64,000 bases of DNA, taken from the NCBI GenBank assembly GCA_043771985.1, contig JAYVGQ010000100.1, positions 19,700 to 83,699 on the forward strand. The letters are read 5' to 3'. Both the position numbers and the translations under genes were made by a program. Every line of letters starts with the position of its first letter. Position 1 is the first letter of the stretch. Shown here one piece after another: positions 17,506 through 27,729 of this stretch. Below the pieces are notes generated by a model that was not told the DNA's origin, ran no database searches, and saw only the letters and a list, made by a program, of their open reading frames with translations. The stretch is from Sphingomonadales bacterium. Lineage in GTDB: Bacteria; Pseudomonadota; Alphaproteobacteria; Sphingomonadales; Sphingomonadaceae.

Positions 17506-18090
17506 CTAAGCCGGATATTTCGACCGTTTGTGCGTATACATCGCTTGATCGGCGGCATCCAAGACTTCGTTCGCCTTTGATCCGCTTTCAATCAACACGG
17601 TGCCGACTGACACGCCGATGGATAATGTTGGCCCGTTGGTTTTGATCGGCAACTCCGCCAGCATCGCCCGCATTGTTGCAGTCTTTTCCGTCAGCTGTTC
17701 AACCGAAATGCTATCCAACAGTACCGTGAATTCATCACCGCCAATACGCGAGACGATGTCGGATTTGCGGACCGCGCCAAGCAGTGATTTGGCCACGCCG
17801 CGCAGTACTTCATCACCGATGCTATGCCCCTGAATATCATTGACCGCTTTCAACCGGTCAACATCGCCGAACAGTAAGCCATATGTGCCGCCATAACGAT
17901 GCGCACGCCAGCACCAACGATCAAGCGTTTCGATGAAGTGCCGTCGATTGTATAAAGGCGTCAGCGTATCGGTGGAAACCAGCCGTTCCAGCTCGGATAT
18001 GCGAATCCGCAACCGGGCGTTTTCACGTTCCAGCAATGACGAATTTTCAGCGCCCATATCGGGCGGTCTGTTGGCTGTGATTTGAGACAT
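17506..18090 (-). CDS. Small diguanylate cyclase (coiled coil + GGDEF)
   Basis: DTLTPLYNRR, DVDRLKAVNDIQGHSIGD, RKSD I-site and GGDEF; real start ATG 18090 (the upstream 627-aa extension is antisense to purEK). Confidence 0.88.
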   Translation of the reverse strand: MSQITANRPPDMGAENSSLLERENARLRIRISELERLVSTDTLTPLYNRRHFIETLDRWCWRAHRYGGTYGLLFGDVDRLKAVNDIQGHSIGDEVLRGVAKSLLGAVRKSDIVSRIGGDEFTVLLDSISVEQLTEKTATMRAMLAELPIKTNGPTLSIGVSVGTVLIESGSKANEVLDAADQAMYTHKRSKYPA

Positions 18091-18268
18091 GCAGGCTCCG
18101 GAATTATTATGTGCGACCCGGTTGCCTTTTTGTTTGCACCGTTCAAACCGAATTTGAACCAGATTGCAACTGTTTACACGTCTTAGAGTATGCAAGATCG
18201 GCGATTGCGCGCCGCGTTTCGGCTCGCTAGAGACCATGCTTGTTTCTGTCGGGTTGGGGGTCAGGAAA

Positions 18269-18757
18269 TTGAGCGAAGCATCACCCGTTGTGGGAATCAT
18301 CATGGGTAGCCGGTCAGACTGGGAAACCATGCGCGAGGCATCGGCCATATTGGCCGCATTGGGCGTGCCGCATGAATGCAAAGTCGTGTCGGCCCATCGC
18401 ACACCCGACAGACTATATGAGTATGCAAAATCGGCAGTCGCTCGCGGCCTGCACTGCATCATCGCAGGGGCAGGCGGTGCAGCCCATCTGCCAGGAATGG
18501 TCGCGGCGATGACACGGTTGCCGGTGCTGGGCGTGCCGATGCAATCCAAAGCGCTCGACGGCATGGATAGCCTGTTGTCGATGGTGCAGATGCCGGCCGG
18601 GATTCCTGTGGGAACGCTGGCTATTGGCAAAGCAGGGGCGACGAACGCGGCTTTGCTGGCCGCCGCGATGCTCGCGAATAATGACTCTGCGCTGGCCGAA
18701 AGGCTGGACACATGGCGCGCAAAACAAACCGATAGCGTAGGCGAGACACCCGAATGA
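18269..18757 (+). CDS. purE: N5-carboxyaminoimidazole ribonucleotide mutase
   Basis: [35 protein letters not shown]; TTG start. Confidence 0.96.
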   Translation: MSEASPVVGIIMGSRSDWETMREASAILAALGVPHECKVVSAHRTPDRLYEYAKSAVARGLHCIIAGAGGAAHLPGMVAAMTRLPVLGVPMQSKALDGMDSLLSMVQMPAGIPVGTLAIGKAGATNAALLAAAMLANNDSALAERLDTWRAKQTDSVGETPE

Positions 18758-19824
18758 AGCCGCTTCCCCCTGGCTCCACCATCGGCATATTGGGCGGCGG
18801 CCAGTTGGGCCGGATGATGGCGATTGCGGCGGCACAGCTTGGCTATCGCTGCCACATTTATGCGCCAGAGGAGGATTCGGTGGCTGCCGAGGTAGCAGCG
18901 GAATTCACCTGCAAACCCTATTTTGATACCAATGCGTTGCGTGCCTTTGCTGAAAAGTGCGACGTTGTGACCTATGAGTTCGAAAACGTGCCGGTCGCGC
19001 CGTTGCGGACTATCGTCGATATCGTCCCCATCCGCCCGGGCATCAACGCGCTGGAAATCGCGCAAGACCGCGTTGAGGAAAAGCTGTTTGCGGCAAAGCT
19101 TGGCGGGGTGACTGCGCCGTTCGAGATTGCGGGCGAACGCCAAGAGGCCGCCGCCGCGCTCGACAAGGTCGGCTATCCCGCAATCCTGAAGACCATACGT
19201 ATGGGCTATGATGGCAAAGGCCAGGCGCGGATCAACGGGCCCGAAGAATTGTCGCAAGCATGGCACGATATGGGCCGCCAGCCAGCGATTGCCGAAAAGC
19301 TGATTGCCTTTGATGCGGAGTTTTCGGTGATCCTTGTTCGCAATACCAAAGGTGACGTCCGCTATTGGGATTGTTCGCGCAACCGGCATGAAAGCGGCAT
19401 ACTGGCCCGATGTAGCCTGCCCGCTGGACCGCTAATCGAAAGCCAGCGCGGAGCCGCGCGCGAACTGGCAACCGCTATTGCCGAGAAACTCGAATTTGTC
19501 GGCGTGTTGACCTGCGAATTTTTTGCCACGCCCGACGGCCCGATCTTTAACGAAATGGCCCCGCGTGTTCACAACAGCGGCCATTGGACCATCGAAGGTG
19601 CGGCCACCAGCCAGTTTGAAAACCACATCCGTGCAATCTGCGAAGTGCCTTTGGGTGATACCAAAACCGTGTGCGACCGCGTCGAAATGACCAATCTGAT
19701 CGGCGACGATGTCGCGCGCTGGCAGGAATTGTTTGGCGACGATGATGCCAATGTCCATCTTTACGGAAAAGGTGCGCCGATGCCGGGGCGCAAAATGGGC
19801 CATGTCACGCGGCTGTATCGCTGA
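18754..19824 (+). CDS. purK: N5-carboxyaminoimidazole ribonucleotide synthase
   Basis: [40 protein letters not shown]. Confidence 0.96.
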   Translation: MKPLPPGSTIGILGGGQLGRMMAIAAAQLGYRCHIYAPEEDSVAAEVAAEFTCKPYFDTNALRAFAEKCDVVTYEFENVPVAPLRTIVDIVPIRPGINALEIAQDRVEEKLFAAKLGGVTAPFEIAGERQEAAAALDKVGYPAILKTIRMGYDGKGQARINGPEELSQAWHDMGRQPAIAEKLIAFDAEFSVILVRNTKGDVRYWDCSRNRHESGILARCSLPAGPLIESQRGAARELATAIAEKLEFVGVLTCEFFATPDGPIFNEMAPRVHNSGHWTIEGAATSQFENHIRAICEVPLGDTKTVCDRVEMTNLIGDDVARWQELFGDDDANVHLYGKGAPMPGRKMGHVTRLYR

Positions 19825-19861
19825 CTTGTCAGAGTCATATGCTTAAGGCACAGCGGACGCG

Positions 19862-20356
19862 ATGAATCATCCTGAAATCATTCTCGTCCTTGCCCGCGCC
19901 AAAAACGGTGTAATCGGTGTTGACGGCAGGCTGCCCTGGCGCATCCCCGCTGACCTGCGCCATTTCAAGCAAGTTACCAAAGACCGGCCCATGATTATGG
20001 GGCGGAAAACCTTTGATAGCCTGCCGGGCTTGCTGGAGGGGCGGCGGCATATTGTGCTGACGCGAGACCCGAATTGGGCAGAGGACGGCGCAGAGATTGC
20101 ACGCACGCCCGAGGCCGCATTGAAAATGGCCAATGGCCCGCATGTCTGCATCATCGGCGGCGCAGAGATTTATCGGTTATTCCTGCCCCGCGCTGACCGG
20201 ATTGAGCTGACTGTGGTTGCCGCCTCGCCCGATGGCGACACCGTGCTGGAGGCGTTTGATGCCGACATATGGAAAGAAACTTCGCGGGTATCGAACCCCG
20301 CAGAGGGTAACACGCCTGCGTTTGATTTTGTGACTTTGGTACGCAGGGAGGCGTGA
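19862..20356 (+). CDS. folA: Dihydrofolate reductase
   Basis: GVIGVDGRLPWRIPADLRHFK, IMGRKTFDSL, IIGGAEIY. Confidence 0.95.
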   Translation: MNHPEIILVLARAKNGVIGVDGRLPWRIPADLRHFKQVTKDRPMIMGRKTFDSLPGLLEGRRHIVLTRDPNWAEDGAEIARTPEAALKMANGPHVCIIGGAEIYRLFLPRADRIELTVVAASPDGDTVLEAFDADIWKETSRVSNPAEGNTPAFDFVTLVRREA

Positions 20357-21528
20357 CGATGCGGAAAGGACTGTTGGGTATAGGCGCGTTACTGCTGGTC
20401 GCCGCGATTGGATTTTTCGGATTTCTGCCCGGCTATGTCGAGGCATCAATGAACCAGATTGATGGCAAGCCGTTGCCTAAAGTCAGCTCCGAGGCGGTTG
20501 CGCTGCACAAGACGCTGACGATTGTTGATCTGCATTCAGACACACTGATGTGGAAGCGCGATGTGCTTGATAAGGCGGATCGCGGGCATATGGATTTGCC
20601 GCGGTTGCAAGCTGGCAATGTTGCATTACAAGTTTTCTCGTCGGTTTCAAAAACGCCCAAGGGCCAGAATTACGACGCTAACGGTGCGGATAGCGACAAT
20701 ATCACTTTGCTGGCGTTTGCCCAGATGCAGCCGATGCGGACTTGGGATTCGTTGCTGGAGCGGTCTTTATGGCATGCCACTAAGTTGGACCGAGCAGTCA
20801 AATCGCAACGCGATTTATCGAAGGTTGCCATATCATCGGACGTCGATGGCTTATTGGTAGTCCGCAGCGTGAAGGGCGCTAATCAAGTCGGCGCAATGCT
20901 ATCCATTGAAGGCCTACAAAATCTAGAAGGCAAAACCGCTAATCTTGACAAGCTTTACGCTGCGGGTTTCCGCATGGCAGGGCTCACGCATTTCTTTGAC
21001 AATGAACTCGCCGGATCGATGCACGGCCTGAAAAAGGGTGGCCTCACCCCCTTTGGCCGCGACATCATACGCCGGATGGAAGCCAAAGGCATGATCGTCG
21101 ATATCGCGCATTGCAGCGCGACCTGCGTCACCGAAGTGCTCGCGATGGCGACCCGCTCCGTCGTCTCCAGCCATGGCGGCGTGCAGGCGACGTGTAAGGT
21201 CAACCGCAACCTGTCTGACGAACATATTCGCGGCGTTGCCAAAACTGGCGGCATCATCGGCATCGGCTATTGGGATGCGGCGGTGTGCGATACGTCTCCT
21301 GCCTCGATTGCCAAAGCGATGAAGCATGTCCGCGATCTGGTGGGTATTCAGCATGTGGCCCTCGGCAGCGACTATGACGGTGCGACCACGGTGCGGTTCG
21401 ATACCTCGCAACTGGTGCAAGTGACGCAAGCGTTGCTGGACGCAGACTTCACCCCCGACGAAATCCGCGCCGCGATGGGCGGCAATGCGATTCGGGTATT
21501 GCGCGATGGGTTAAAGCCCGCCGCATGA
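20353..21528 (+). CDS. Membrane dipeptidase (peptidase M19)
   Basis: VDLHSD, SIEG, LTH, VDIAH, SSHGG, LGSDYDG; N-terminal anchor. Confidence 0.88.
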   Translation: MTMRKGLLGIGALLLVAAIGFFGFLPGYVEASMNQIDGKPLPKVSSEAVALHKTLTIVDLHSDTLMWKRDVLDKADRGHMDLPRLQAGNVALQVFSSVSKTPKGQNYDANGADSDNITLLAFAQMQPMRTWDSLLERSLWHATKLDRAVKSQRDLSKVAISSDVDGLLVVRSVKGANQVGAMLSIEGLQNLEGKTANLDKLYAAGFRMAGLTHFFDNELAGSMHGLKKGGLTPFGRDIIRRMEAKGMIVDIAHCSATCVTEVLAMATRSVVSSHGGVQATCKVNRNLSDEHIRGVAKTGGIIGIGYWDAAVCDTSPASIAKAMKHVRDLVGIQHVALGSDYDGATTVRFDTSQLVQVTQALLDADFTPDEIRAAMGGNAIRVLRDGLKPAA

Positions 21529-22454
21529 CGATACCTAGAATTTCCGCCCGTGACATAATGCCCGACCCCCTTCGCGGCGGCATCGCGGCGCTGGGCAATT
21601 TTGACGGGTTCCATCTGGGGCATCAGGCGGTGGCGGGTGAAGCTATTCGCCAAGCCAAAGCCGCCGGAAAGCCAGCAATCATCGCCACGTTCGATCCGCA
21701 TCCGGTGCGATACTTCGCGCCCGATGCAGCCCCATTCCGCCTGACCACGCTCGATCAGCGGCAACGGTTATTTGAGACCTCAGGCGCAGATGCGATGCTG
21801 GTGTTTGAATTTGACAGCGAACTGGCCAGCACCACTGCCGAGGATTTCATCGCCAAACTGCTCGTCGAAAGGCTGGGCCTATCCGGCGTTGTCACCGGCG
21901 AGGATTTCACCTTTGGCAAAGGCCGGAGCGGCAATATCGGCGTGCTAAAAGATTTCGGGGCCGCATGCGGTCTTTCCAGCACTGCCATCGGGCCAGTCAT
22001 CGATACAGACGGCGTCATCTCGTCAAGCCGCATCCGCGAGGCATTGCAAGCAGGCGACTGCACGACCGCCAACCGCCTGCTCACTCGCCCATTCGCAATC
22101 GAAGGTACCGTCCAGCATGGCGACAAAAACGGACGGCTGCTCGGCTATCCCACTGCAAATATCGACATCGGCAATTATCTGCGCCCGCGTTACGGCGTCT
22201 ATGCAGTCACAGGACGCCTTGCCGATGGCCGCGTGTTGAAAGGCGCGGCCAATATCGGCATCCGCCCACAATTTACACCGCCAAAGGAATTACTGGAACC
22301 ACATTTCTTTGACTTTGCCGAAGAAATATATGATCAAAAACTTGAAGTCGCGTTTCACGCATTTCTTCGCGGAGAAGCTAAATTTGATAGTCTTGACGCA
22401 TTGAAGGCGCAGATGGCGGCAGATTGTGCGAAAGCGCGCGATTTATTGGGTTAG
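21525..22454 (+). CDS. ribF: Bifunctional riboflavin kinase/FAD synthetase
   Basis: GNFDGFHLGHQ, TFDPHP, ISSSRIR, GYPTANI. Confidence 0.96.
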   Translation: MTIPRISARDIMPDPLRGGIAALGNFDGFHLGHQAVAGEAIRQAKAAGKPAIIATFDPHPVRYFAPDAAPFRLTTLDQRQRLFETSGADAMLVFEFDSELASTTAEDFIAKLLVERLGLSGVVTGEDFTFGKGRSGNIGVLKDFGAACGLSSTAIGPVIDTDGVISSSRIREALQAGDCTTANRLLTRPFAIEGTVQHGDKNGRLLGYPTANIDIGNYLRPRYGVYAVTGRLADGRVLKGAANIGIRPQFTPPKELLEPHFFDFAEEIYDQKLEVAFHAFLRGEAKFDSLDALKAQMAADCAKARDLLG

Positions 22455-22466
22455 CAGGGGGCAATA

Positions 22467-23279
22467 GTGCGGACTTGGATTATCTTAACGGCGGTTACGC
22501 TGTTTTTCGGTTTTTCGTTATTCCACGCCAGTTGGCTTGCCGCCGCGCCAGAGGGGATTCCTAAATTAGTCGCTGCAAAAGGAGTTGAGCCCACCCGCGA
22601 CACGCAAGGTTGCGCCAGCGGACCCAGCGCCAGCGAAGTAGGCTCGCTTGCTATGGCAGTTGGCAGTGAAGCCAATGCATTGAACATGACGACGCAGGTG
22701 ATCGGCGGAGAGCTGCTGGTGGCGCGGCAGTTTGAAAGCACCTGCGCGGCTGACAAGGCCCGCGCGAACAGCAGCATTGGTGAAGTAGTTTATGCTTTGT
22801 CCAAGCCCGAATTGCTGTGGCGCGCCAAAGGTGCAGAGCAAGCTGCAATGCTGCTCGCCGCACTCCCTGCCCCCTCCGCCGTCGCCGAAGATAAGCAAGC
22901 CTTGATCGGAGACGATGCCGCAGTCGCCGTATTCAAAAAGGCACGCCCCAAAGCCTGGGGCTTTTCCATCGCCGCAGCGCAAGCGTGCGGCAGCGATTAC
23001 AAATTGTCCGGCCTGTGGGGAGCGATCCCTGACAGCTGCAACCAAGGCACAATGCTGCTGACGATGGATCAGGTTGGTTATACTTTGTGGGGCTGGCCCA
23101 ACCGCTTTCTGGCGCGCACCGATGCCGCAGGGCTGAAAGTTGTGATTGCCGAAAATGTTGATGGGGATAGCATCACTGGCTTGACCGACGTTAATCGGTA
23201 CGGCGACATCGCGAATAGCTTTAACGGCTATATCTGGATTCAGGATATCGAGGCACTGGGACCAGCATTGAAGCGGTAA
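22467..23279 (+). CDS. Exported GDPD-like protein with degenerate catalytic motifs
   Basis: ASWLA...PKLVAAKGV in place of AHRG; C-terminal LWGWPNRFLAR...FNGYIWIQDIEALGPAL resembles sphingomonad glycerophosphodiester phosphodiesterases; directly upstream of glpK. Confidence 0.55.
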   Translation: MRTWIILTAVTLFFGFSLFHASWLAAAPEGIPKLVAAKGVEPTRDTQGCASGPSASEVGSLAMAVGSEANALNMTTQVIGGELLVARQFESTCAADKARANSSIGEVVYALSKPELLWRAKGAEQAAMLLAALPAPSAVAEDKQALIGDDAAVAVFKKARPKAWGFSIAAAQACGSDYKLSGLWGAIPDSCNQGTMLLTMDQVGYTLWGWPNRFLARTDAAGLKVVIAENVDGDSITGLTDVNRYGDIANSFNGYIWIQDIEALGPALKR

Positions 23280-23360
23280 TTGCGCTCTTCAGCACGAGCG
23301 GATGTCAGAGCTTGACCCCAACCCTGAGTTATCGCACTCCTTTCAACAAAGGGAGCGACT

Positions 23361-24830
23361 ATGACCAACCACATCCTCGTCATTGACGAAGGCACAACAT
23401 CAACACGTGCGATGCTGTTTGCCAAAAACGGCGCATGCCTCGCCAGTGCGCAGCGCCCATTGACGCAGTTTTATCCCGGCCCCGGATTGGTCGAGCATGA
23501 CGCGGCCGAAATTTGGAATCTCACCCTCGAATGCGCGCGCGAGATAGTCGTCAAAGCGGGCGGAGCATCCGCAATCGCTGGCATCGGCATCACTAACCAG
23601 CGCGAGACCGTGGTGTTCTGGGACCGGCGCACTGGCGAACCGCTTGCGCCTGCAATTGTCTGGCAAGACAGGCGCACTGCGGATATCTGCGACGCGCTGA
23701 AAGCAGCTGGGCACGAACCTGATTTGCAGGCCAAAACCGGACTGTTGCTTGACCCCTATTTCTCCGGCTCAAAAATAGGTTGGGCATTGGCGAATTGGCC
23801 ACAGTTAAAAGACGCGGGTGAGCATCTAGCGGTCGGTACGGTCGAGAGCTATCTGGTGTTCCGGCTGACTGGCGGCAACACGCATATCAGCGACGCCAGC
23901 AATGCCAGCCGCACTGCATTGATGGCGATTGGCAGCGGTGACTGGGACGATGGTTTGCTAAGCCTATTCGGTGTGCCGCGCGAAATCCTTCCCGCTATTT
24001 GCGACAGCGCGGGGCAATTGGGCGTCACTGACCCCGAACTGTTCGGCGGCGCCATCGCGATCACCGGCATGGCGGGGGACCAGCAAGCGGCGTTGATCGG
24101 GCAAAGCTGCCTAGAGCCCGGACAGACTAAATCGACCTTTGGCACCGGCGCGTTTGTTTTGACACAAACCGGGCGAACATTGCCGCGATCCAAGAACCGC
24201 CTGCTTTCGACCGTGGCATGGCAGCTGAACGGCGAACGGCATTATGCGCTTGAAGGATCGGTGTTCGTCGCGGGCAGCCTGATCCAATGGCTGCGCGATG
24301 ATCTCGGCCTGATCGCAGCCTCGCCCGAAACCGAGCCATTGGCCGCCAGCGTCTCCGGCAATGGGGGCGTCTATCTTGTCCCCGCGCTTTCAGGCCTAGG
24401 CGCACCGCATTGGCAACCCCACGCCCGCGCCGCAATCCACGGCCTGACCTTCGCCGCCAAAAAAGCGCACGTCGCCCGCGCAGCTTTGGAGGCGATGGCG
24501 CACCAAACCCACGACCTAAAAACCGCCTTCGCCGCGGATGGCGCCGATTGGGCAGAGCTGCGCGTCGATGGCGGCATGGTGTCCAACGGCTGGATGGTGC
24601 AGGATTTGGCCGACATCCTAAACGTCGAAGTCGAACGTCCCGATTTTGCGGAAACTACTGCTTTGGGGGCAGCAATGCTGGCAGGGGTTGGCGCAGGGCT
24701 TTACGGCTCGCTGGCGGAGGCGTCGGTGATGCGAGGCAAGGTTGGGCGGTTTAGTCCGGCGATGGAGGCCGATGCGCGGGAGGTAAGGCTAAGTGGGTGG
24801 AAGGATGCGCTGCGGCGGGTTTTGGCGTGA
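23361..24830 (+). CDS. glpK: Glycerol kinase
   Basis: IDEGTTSTRA, TNQRET, DPYFSGSKI, GDQQAAL, STFGTG, ETTALGAA. Confidence 0.95.
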   Translation: MTNHILVIDEGTTSTRAMLFAKNGACLASAQRPLTQFYPGPGLVEHDAAEIWNLTLECAREIVVKAGGASAIAGIGITNQRETVVFWDRRTGEPLAPAIVWQDRRTADICDALKAAGHEPDLQAKTGLLLDPYFSGSKIGWALANWPQLKDAGEHLAVGTVESYLVFRLTGGNTHISDASNASRTALMAIGSGDWDDGLLSLFGVPREILPAICDSAGQLGVTDPELFGGAIAITGMAGDQQAALIGQSCLEPGQTKSTFGTGAFVLTQTGRTLPRSKNRLLSTVAWQLNGERHYALEGSVFVAGSLIQWLRDDLGLIAASPETEPLAASVSGNGGVYLVPALSGLGAPHWQPHARAAIHGLTFAAKKAHVARAALEAMAHQTHDLKTAFAADGADWAELRVDGGMVSNGWMVQDLADILNVEVERPDFAETTALGAAMLAGVGAGLYGSLAEASVMRGKVGRFSPAMEADAREVRLSGWKDALRRVLA

Positions 24831-24840
24831 CACGGGTTAC

Positions 24841-24871
24841 TTGACAAATCCATTTTGTTCTGCTAATGTTC
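24841..24871 (+). promoter_or_regulatory. Sigma70-like promoter with alphaproteobacterial LexA box
   Basis: TTGACA at 24841-24846 and GTTC-TGCTAAT-GTTC (GTTC-N7-GTTC) at 24857-24871, overlapping the -10 region. Confidence 0.65.
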
Positions 24872-24966
24872 TCATTTGCTCTTTGATATTGTCGATCTTT
24901 CGCTTTTACAAGATGCGACCTTATCTCAACCGTTGTGCATTACTGATCGGTCTGGATGATTTTGTT

Positions 24967-25113
24967 CACACAAAGCCACGAAGGCACAAAAAGGACTTTT
25001 CGGCGAAGCTGGTTATTCATCGCTTTCGCCGTCTGAAATCAGATCCTAGTGATTTTGAAACACGCTGCGCGCCCTAAACTCTTTGTGGCTTCTTGGCTTC
25101 GCGGCTTCGTGTG
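24967..25113. repeat. REP-like element with 9-bp-periodic CACNAAG/CACGAAG inverted ends
   Basis: CACACAAAGCCACGAAGGCACAAA on the left; CTTTGTGGCTTCTTGGCTTCGCGGCTTCGTGTG on the right. Confidence 0.7.
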
Positions 25114-25267
25114 GAATAATCTGGCACAATCACTCGATACAGACCGCGCTATCCGCGCGCCGCAACCGATGGCGTTAAGGTGAGTCCTTCGTGTGACTTT
25201 CCGTCAAATCAGAACTGCGTATTCAGTGTGAACTTGCCCAGAAATCTGCGGGTTTTCGATAATCGTC

Positions 25268-26764
25268 CTAACGCCCCATTTTCTTCGCGCGGCGCCGCTG
25301 CACACTCGAGCCAATCCCCATCGCCTCGCGGTATTTCGCAACGGTGCGTCGGGCAATGTCAAAGCCTTTGGCTTTTAGCAGATCGACCAAAGTGTCGTCG
25401 GACAAGATGTCATCCGCCGCCTCCGCGTCGATTAAGGTCTTGATCGCCGCCTTCACCGCCTCTGCCGACGCGCCATCGCCATCGGCTGATCCAACGCCGC
25501 TGGAAAAGAAGTATTTCAGGTCAAACAGCCCGCGGTTGCAGTGCAGATATTTGTTGCTGGTCACGCGACTAACGGTGGATTCGTGCATGTCGATCGCTTC
25601 GGCAACTTGCCGCAAAGTCAGTGGCTTCAACCGAGATACGCCCTCGCGGAAGAAAGCCTCTTGTTGCTTTACCAGTTCTGTCGCAACTTTCATGATTGTC
25701 CGCTGGCGTTGGTCCATCGCTTTGATCAGCCAGTTGGCATCGGCCAAACATTCGTTCAGCCAGCTGTTCGCGGCCTTATCATCCTTGCCGCCCATTTCGG
25801 CATAGTACGTCCGGTTGACCAGCAAGCGTGGCAGGTTCGCACTGTTCAGTTCGATGCCCCAGCCTTTGCCGTGCGCAGACACATACAGATCGGGCGTCAC
25901 CGCCACCGCTGCATCGTCGGAGTCAAATTTGAGTCCCGGCTTTGGATTATAGCTACGCAGCTCGGTCAGCATGTCATGCAGGTCTTCATCATCGACGCGG
26001 CATAGGCGCTTTAGCTGATCGAAACTTCCGCGGGCGACAAGGTCCAGATTGTCAATCAGCCGCACCATGCAGGGGTCGTAACGGTCCGCTTCTTTGGCTT
26101 GCAACGCGATACATTCGGCCAGATCGCGCGCGCCAACGCCGGTGGGGTCAAAGCTTTGCAATACGCCCAGCGCCGTTTCCAGTTCCGGCATCGGCACGCC
26201 CAGCCGGTATGCCAGACCCATCAGGTCAATGCTAAGCCAGCCCGATGGCTCAACCTGCTCGATCAATTGTTCCAGCAATAACAGCGTCCGCCCCGACGCA
26301 CTGGCCCCGGCCTGCTGCATCAAATGTTCGCGTAAGGATATATCTGGCGCGGCGAAGGCGTCAAAATCAGGACCTTCCCCGAAGTCCGAACCGCTTGTCG
26401 ATATGCTGTTCATGCCCAGCATCCCGTCCGCGCCACCGCTACCCAGCCCGCCTTCGTCGCGCTCGTAGTTGTCAGAGGACGCATCGGTGTCCAGCGCCTC
26501 GCTACCCGCGCCGAAATCGCCGTCGTTCATCAACTGATCGCTGCCCATTTCTTCGGGTTTTGGTGCGGCTAACTGTTCGGGCGCGTCAGGTTCAGCGGCT
26601 TCGCTAGGGGCCATTTCGAGCAGCGGATTACGCTCCAACTCCTCGGCAACATAAGCATCAATTTCCAGCGACGACAAAGCCAGCAGCTTAATCGCCTGCT
26701 GCAATTGCGGCGTCATCACCAGCGATTGCGACTGACGCAGATCGAGACGGGGGGCTAGAGCCAT
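25268..26764 (-). CDS. rpoN: RNA polymerase sigma-54 factor
   Basis: MALAPRLDLRQSQSLVMTPQLQQAIKLL, HESTVSR, RpoN box ARRTVAKYRE. Confidence 0.98.
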   Translation of the reverse strand: MALAPRLDLRQSQSLVMTPQLQQAIKLLALSSLEIDAYVAEELERNPLLEMAPSEAAEPDAPEQLAAPKPEEMGSDQLMNDGDFGAGSEALDTDASSDNYERDEGGLGSGGADGMLGMNSISTSGSDFGEGPDFDAFAAPDISLREHLMQQAGASASGRTLLLLEQLIEQVEPSGWLSIDLMGLAYRLGVPMPELETALGVLQSFDPTGVGARDLAECIALQAKEADRYDPCMVRLIDNLDLVARGSFDQLKRLCRVDDEDLHDMLTELRSYNPKPGLKFDSDDAAVAVTPDLYVSAHGKGWGIELNSANLPRLLVNRTYYAEMGGKDDKAANSWLNECLADANWLIKAMDQRQRTIMKVATELVKQQEAFFREGVSRLKPLTLRQVAEAIDMHESTVSRVTSNKYLHCNRGLFDLKYFFSSGVGSADGDGASAEAVKAAIKTLIDAEAADDILSDDTLVDLLKAKGFDIARRTVAKYREAMGIGSSVQRRRAKKMGR

Positions 26765-26795
26765 TGATGCGTTTCAACCAAAACCCGAATGCGGG

Positions 26796-27596
26796 TCACA
26801 TCGTGAAACCTTCACCCAGATACAGCCGCCGCACATTGGCATCGGCAACCAGTTCCTCCGGCGAACCAGCAAACAGCACTTGCCCGTCATAGATAATGCA
26901 AGCGCGGTCGACGATGTCGAGTGTTTCGCGGACATTATGGTCAGTAATGAGCACGCCAATACCGCGCGTTTTAAGATCTTTCACCAGATCACGAATGTCC
27001 GATATTGAGATCGGGTCGATCCCGGCAAAAGGCTCGTCTAGCAACATGATCAGCGGGTTTGCCGCCAGCGCGCGAGCAATCTCGCACCGCCGCCGTTCAC
27101 CACCCGACAATGCCATTGCGGGTGAGGACCGCAGTTTAGTCAACCCAAATTCATCCAGCAACTGGTCCAGCCGCGCGGCACGGACGGCCTTGTCAGGCTC
27201 TGACATTTCCAGAACAGCACTGATATTCTGCTCCACCGTCATCCCGCGAAAGATCGATGTTTCCTGTGGCAGATAGCCCACACCGAGGATCGCGCGGCGA
27301 TACATCGGCAGGCGAGTGATGTCGTCGCCGTTGAGCATGATGCGGCCAGCGTCAGGCTTCACCAGTCCCATGATCGAATAAAAACAAGTCGTCTTACCCG
27401 CGCCATTAGGACCGAGCAAACCGACGACTTCGCCCGGCGCAACCGACAGTGAAACATCAAGCAGCACCGCGCGCTTGTCATAGCTTTTGGCGATAGAGAT
27501 AACCGCAAGGCCCGATGTCAGGCCCGCCTCGGTCACTGCACTTGCCGCCTGTTCATGCCGTAAATGGCCGTCGCTGGCGCTTTCCATTAATGTCAT
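26796..27596 (-). CDS. lptB: LPS export ABC transporter ATP-binding protein
   Basis: GPNGAGKTT, YLPQETSIF, LSGGERRR, LLDEPFAGIDP, TDHNVRETL. Confidence 0.96.
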   Translation of the reverse strand: MTLMESASDGHLRHEQAASAVTEAGLTSGLAVISIAKSYDKRAVLLDVSLSVAPGEVVGLLGPNGAGKTTCFYSIMGLVKPDAGRIMLNGDDITRLPMYRRAILGVGYLPQETSIFRGMTVEQNISAVLEMSEPDKAVRAARLDQLLDEFGLTKLRSSPAMALSGGERRRCEIARALAANPLIMLLDEPFAGIDPISISDIRDLVKDLKTRGIGVLITDHNVRETLDIVDRACIIYDGQVLFAGSPEELVADANVRRLYLGEGFTM

Positions 27597-27729
27597 AGCC
27601 GCAGTCCAAAGTGAAAACGCGATAAAGATTACACGTTATCTATACGCCAGATTTCGCTAAGGAAAGCTTGCTTTGCCTCAATTGGCAGGATTTGTGCATG
27701 GCCGCATGAAAAAACGCACGGAAACGGAC

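Noticed and set aside
18091-19389. 627-aa version of the GGDEF ORF
   Set aside because: The upstream part is the antisense shadow of purE/purK; the real protein starts at 18090.
27683-27698. Sigma54-like motif TGGCAGGATTTGTGCA near lptB-rpoN
   Set aside because: It is an imperfect match and points opposite to the surrounding minus-strand operon, with no target gene.
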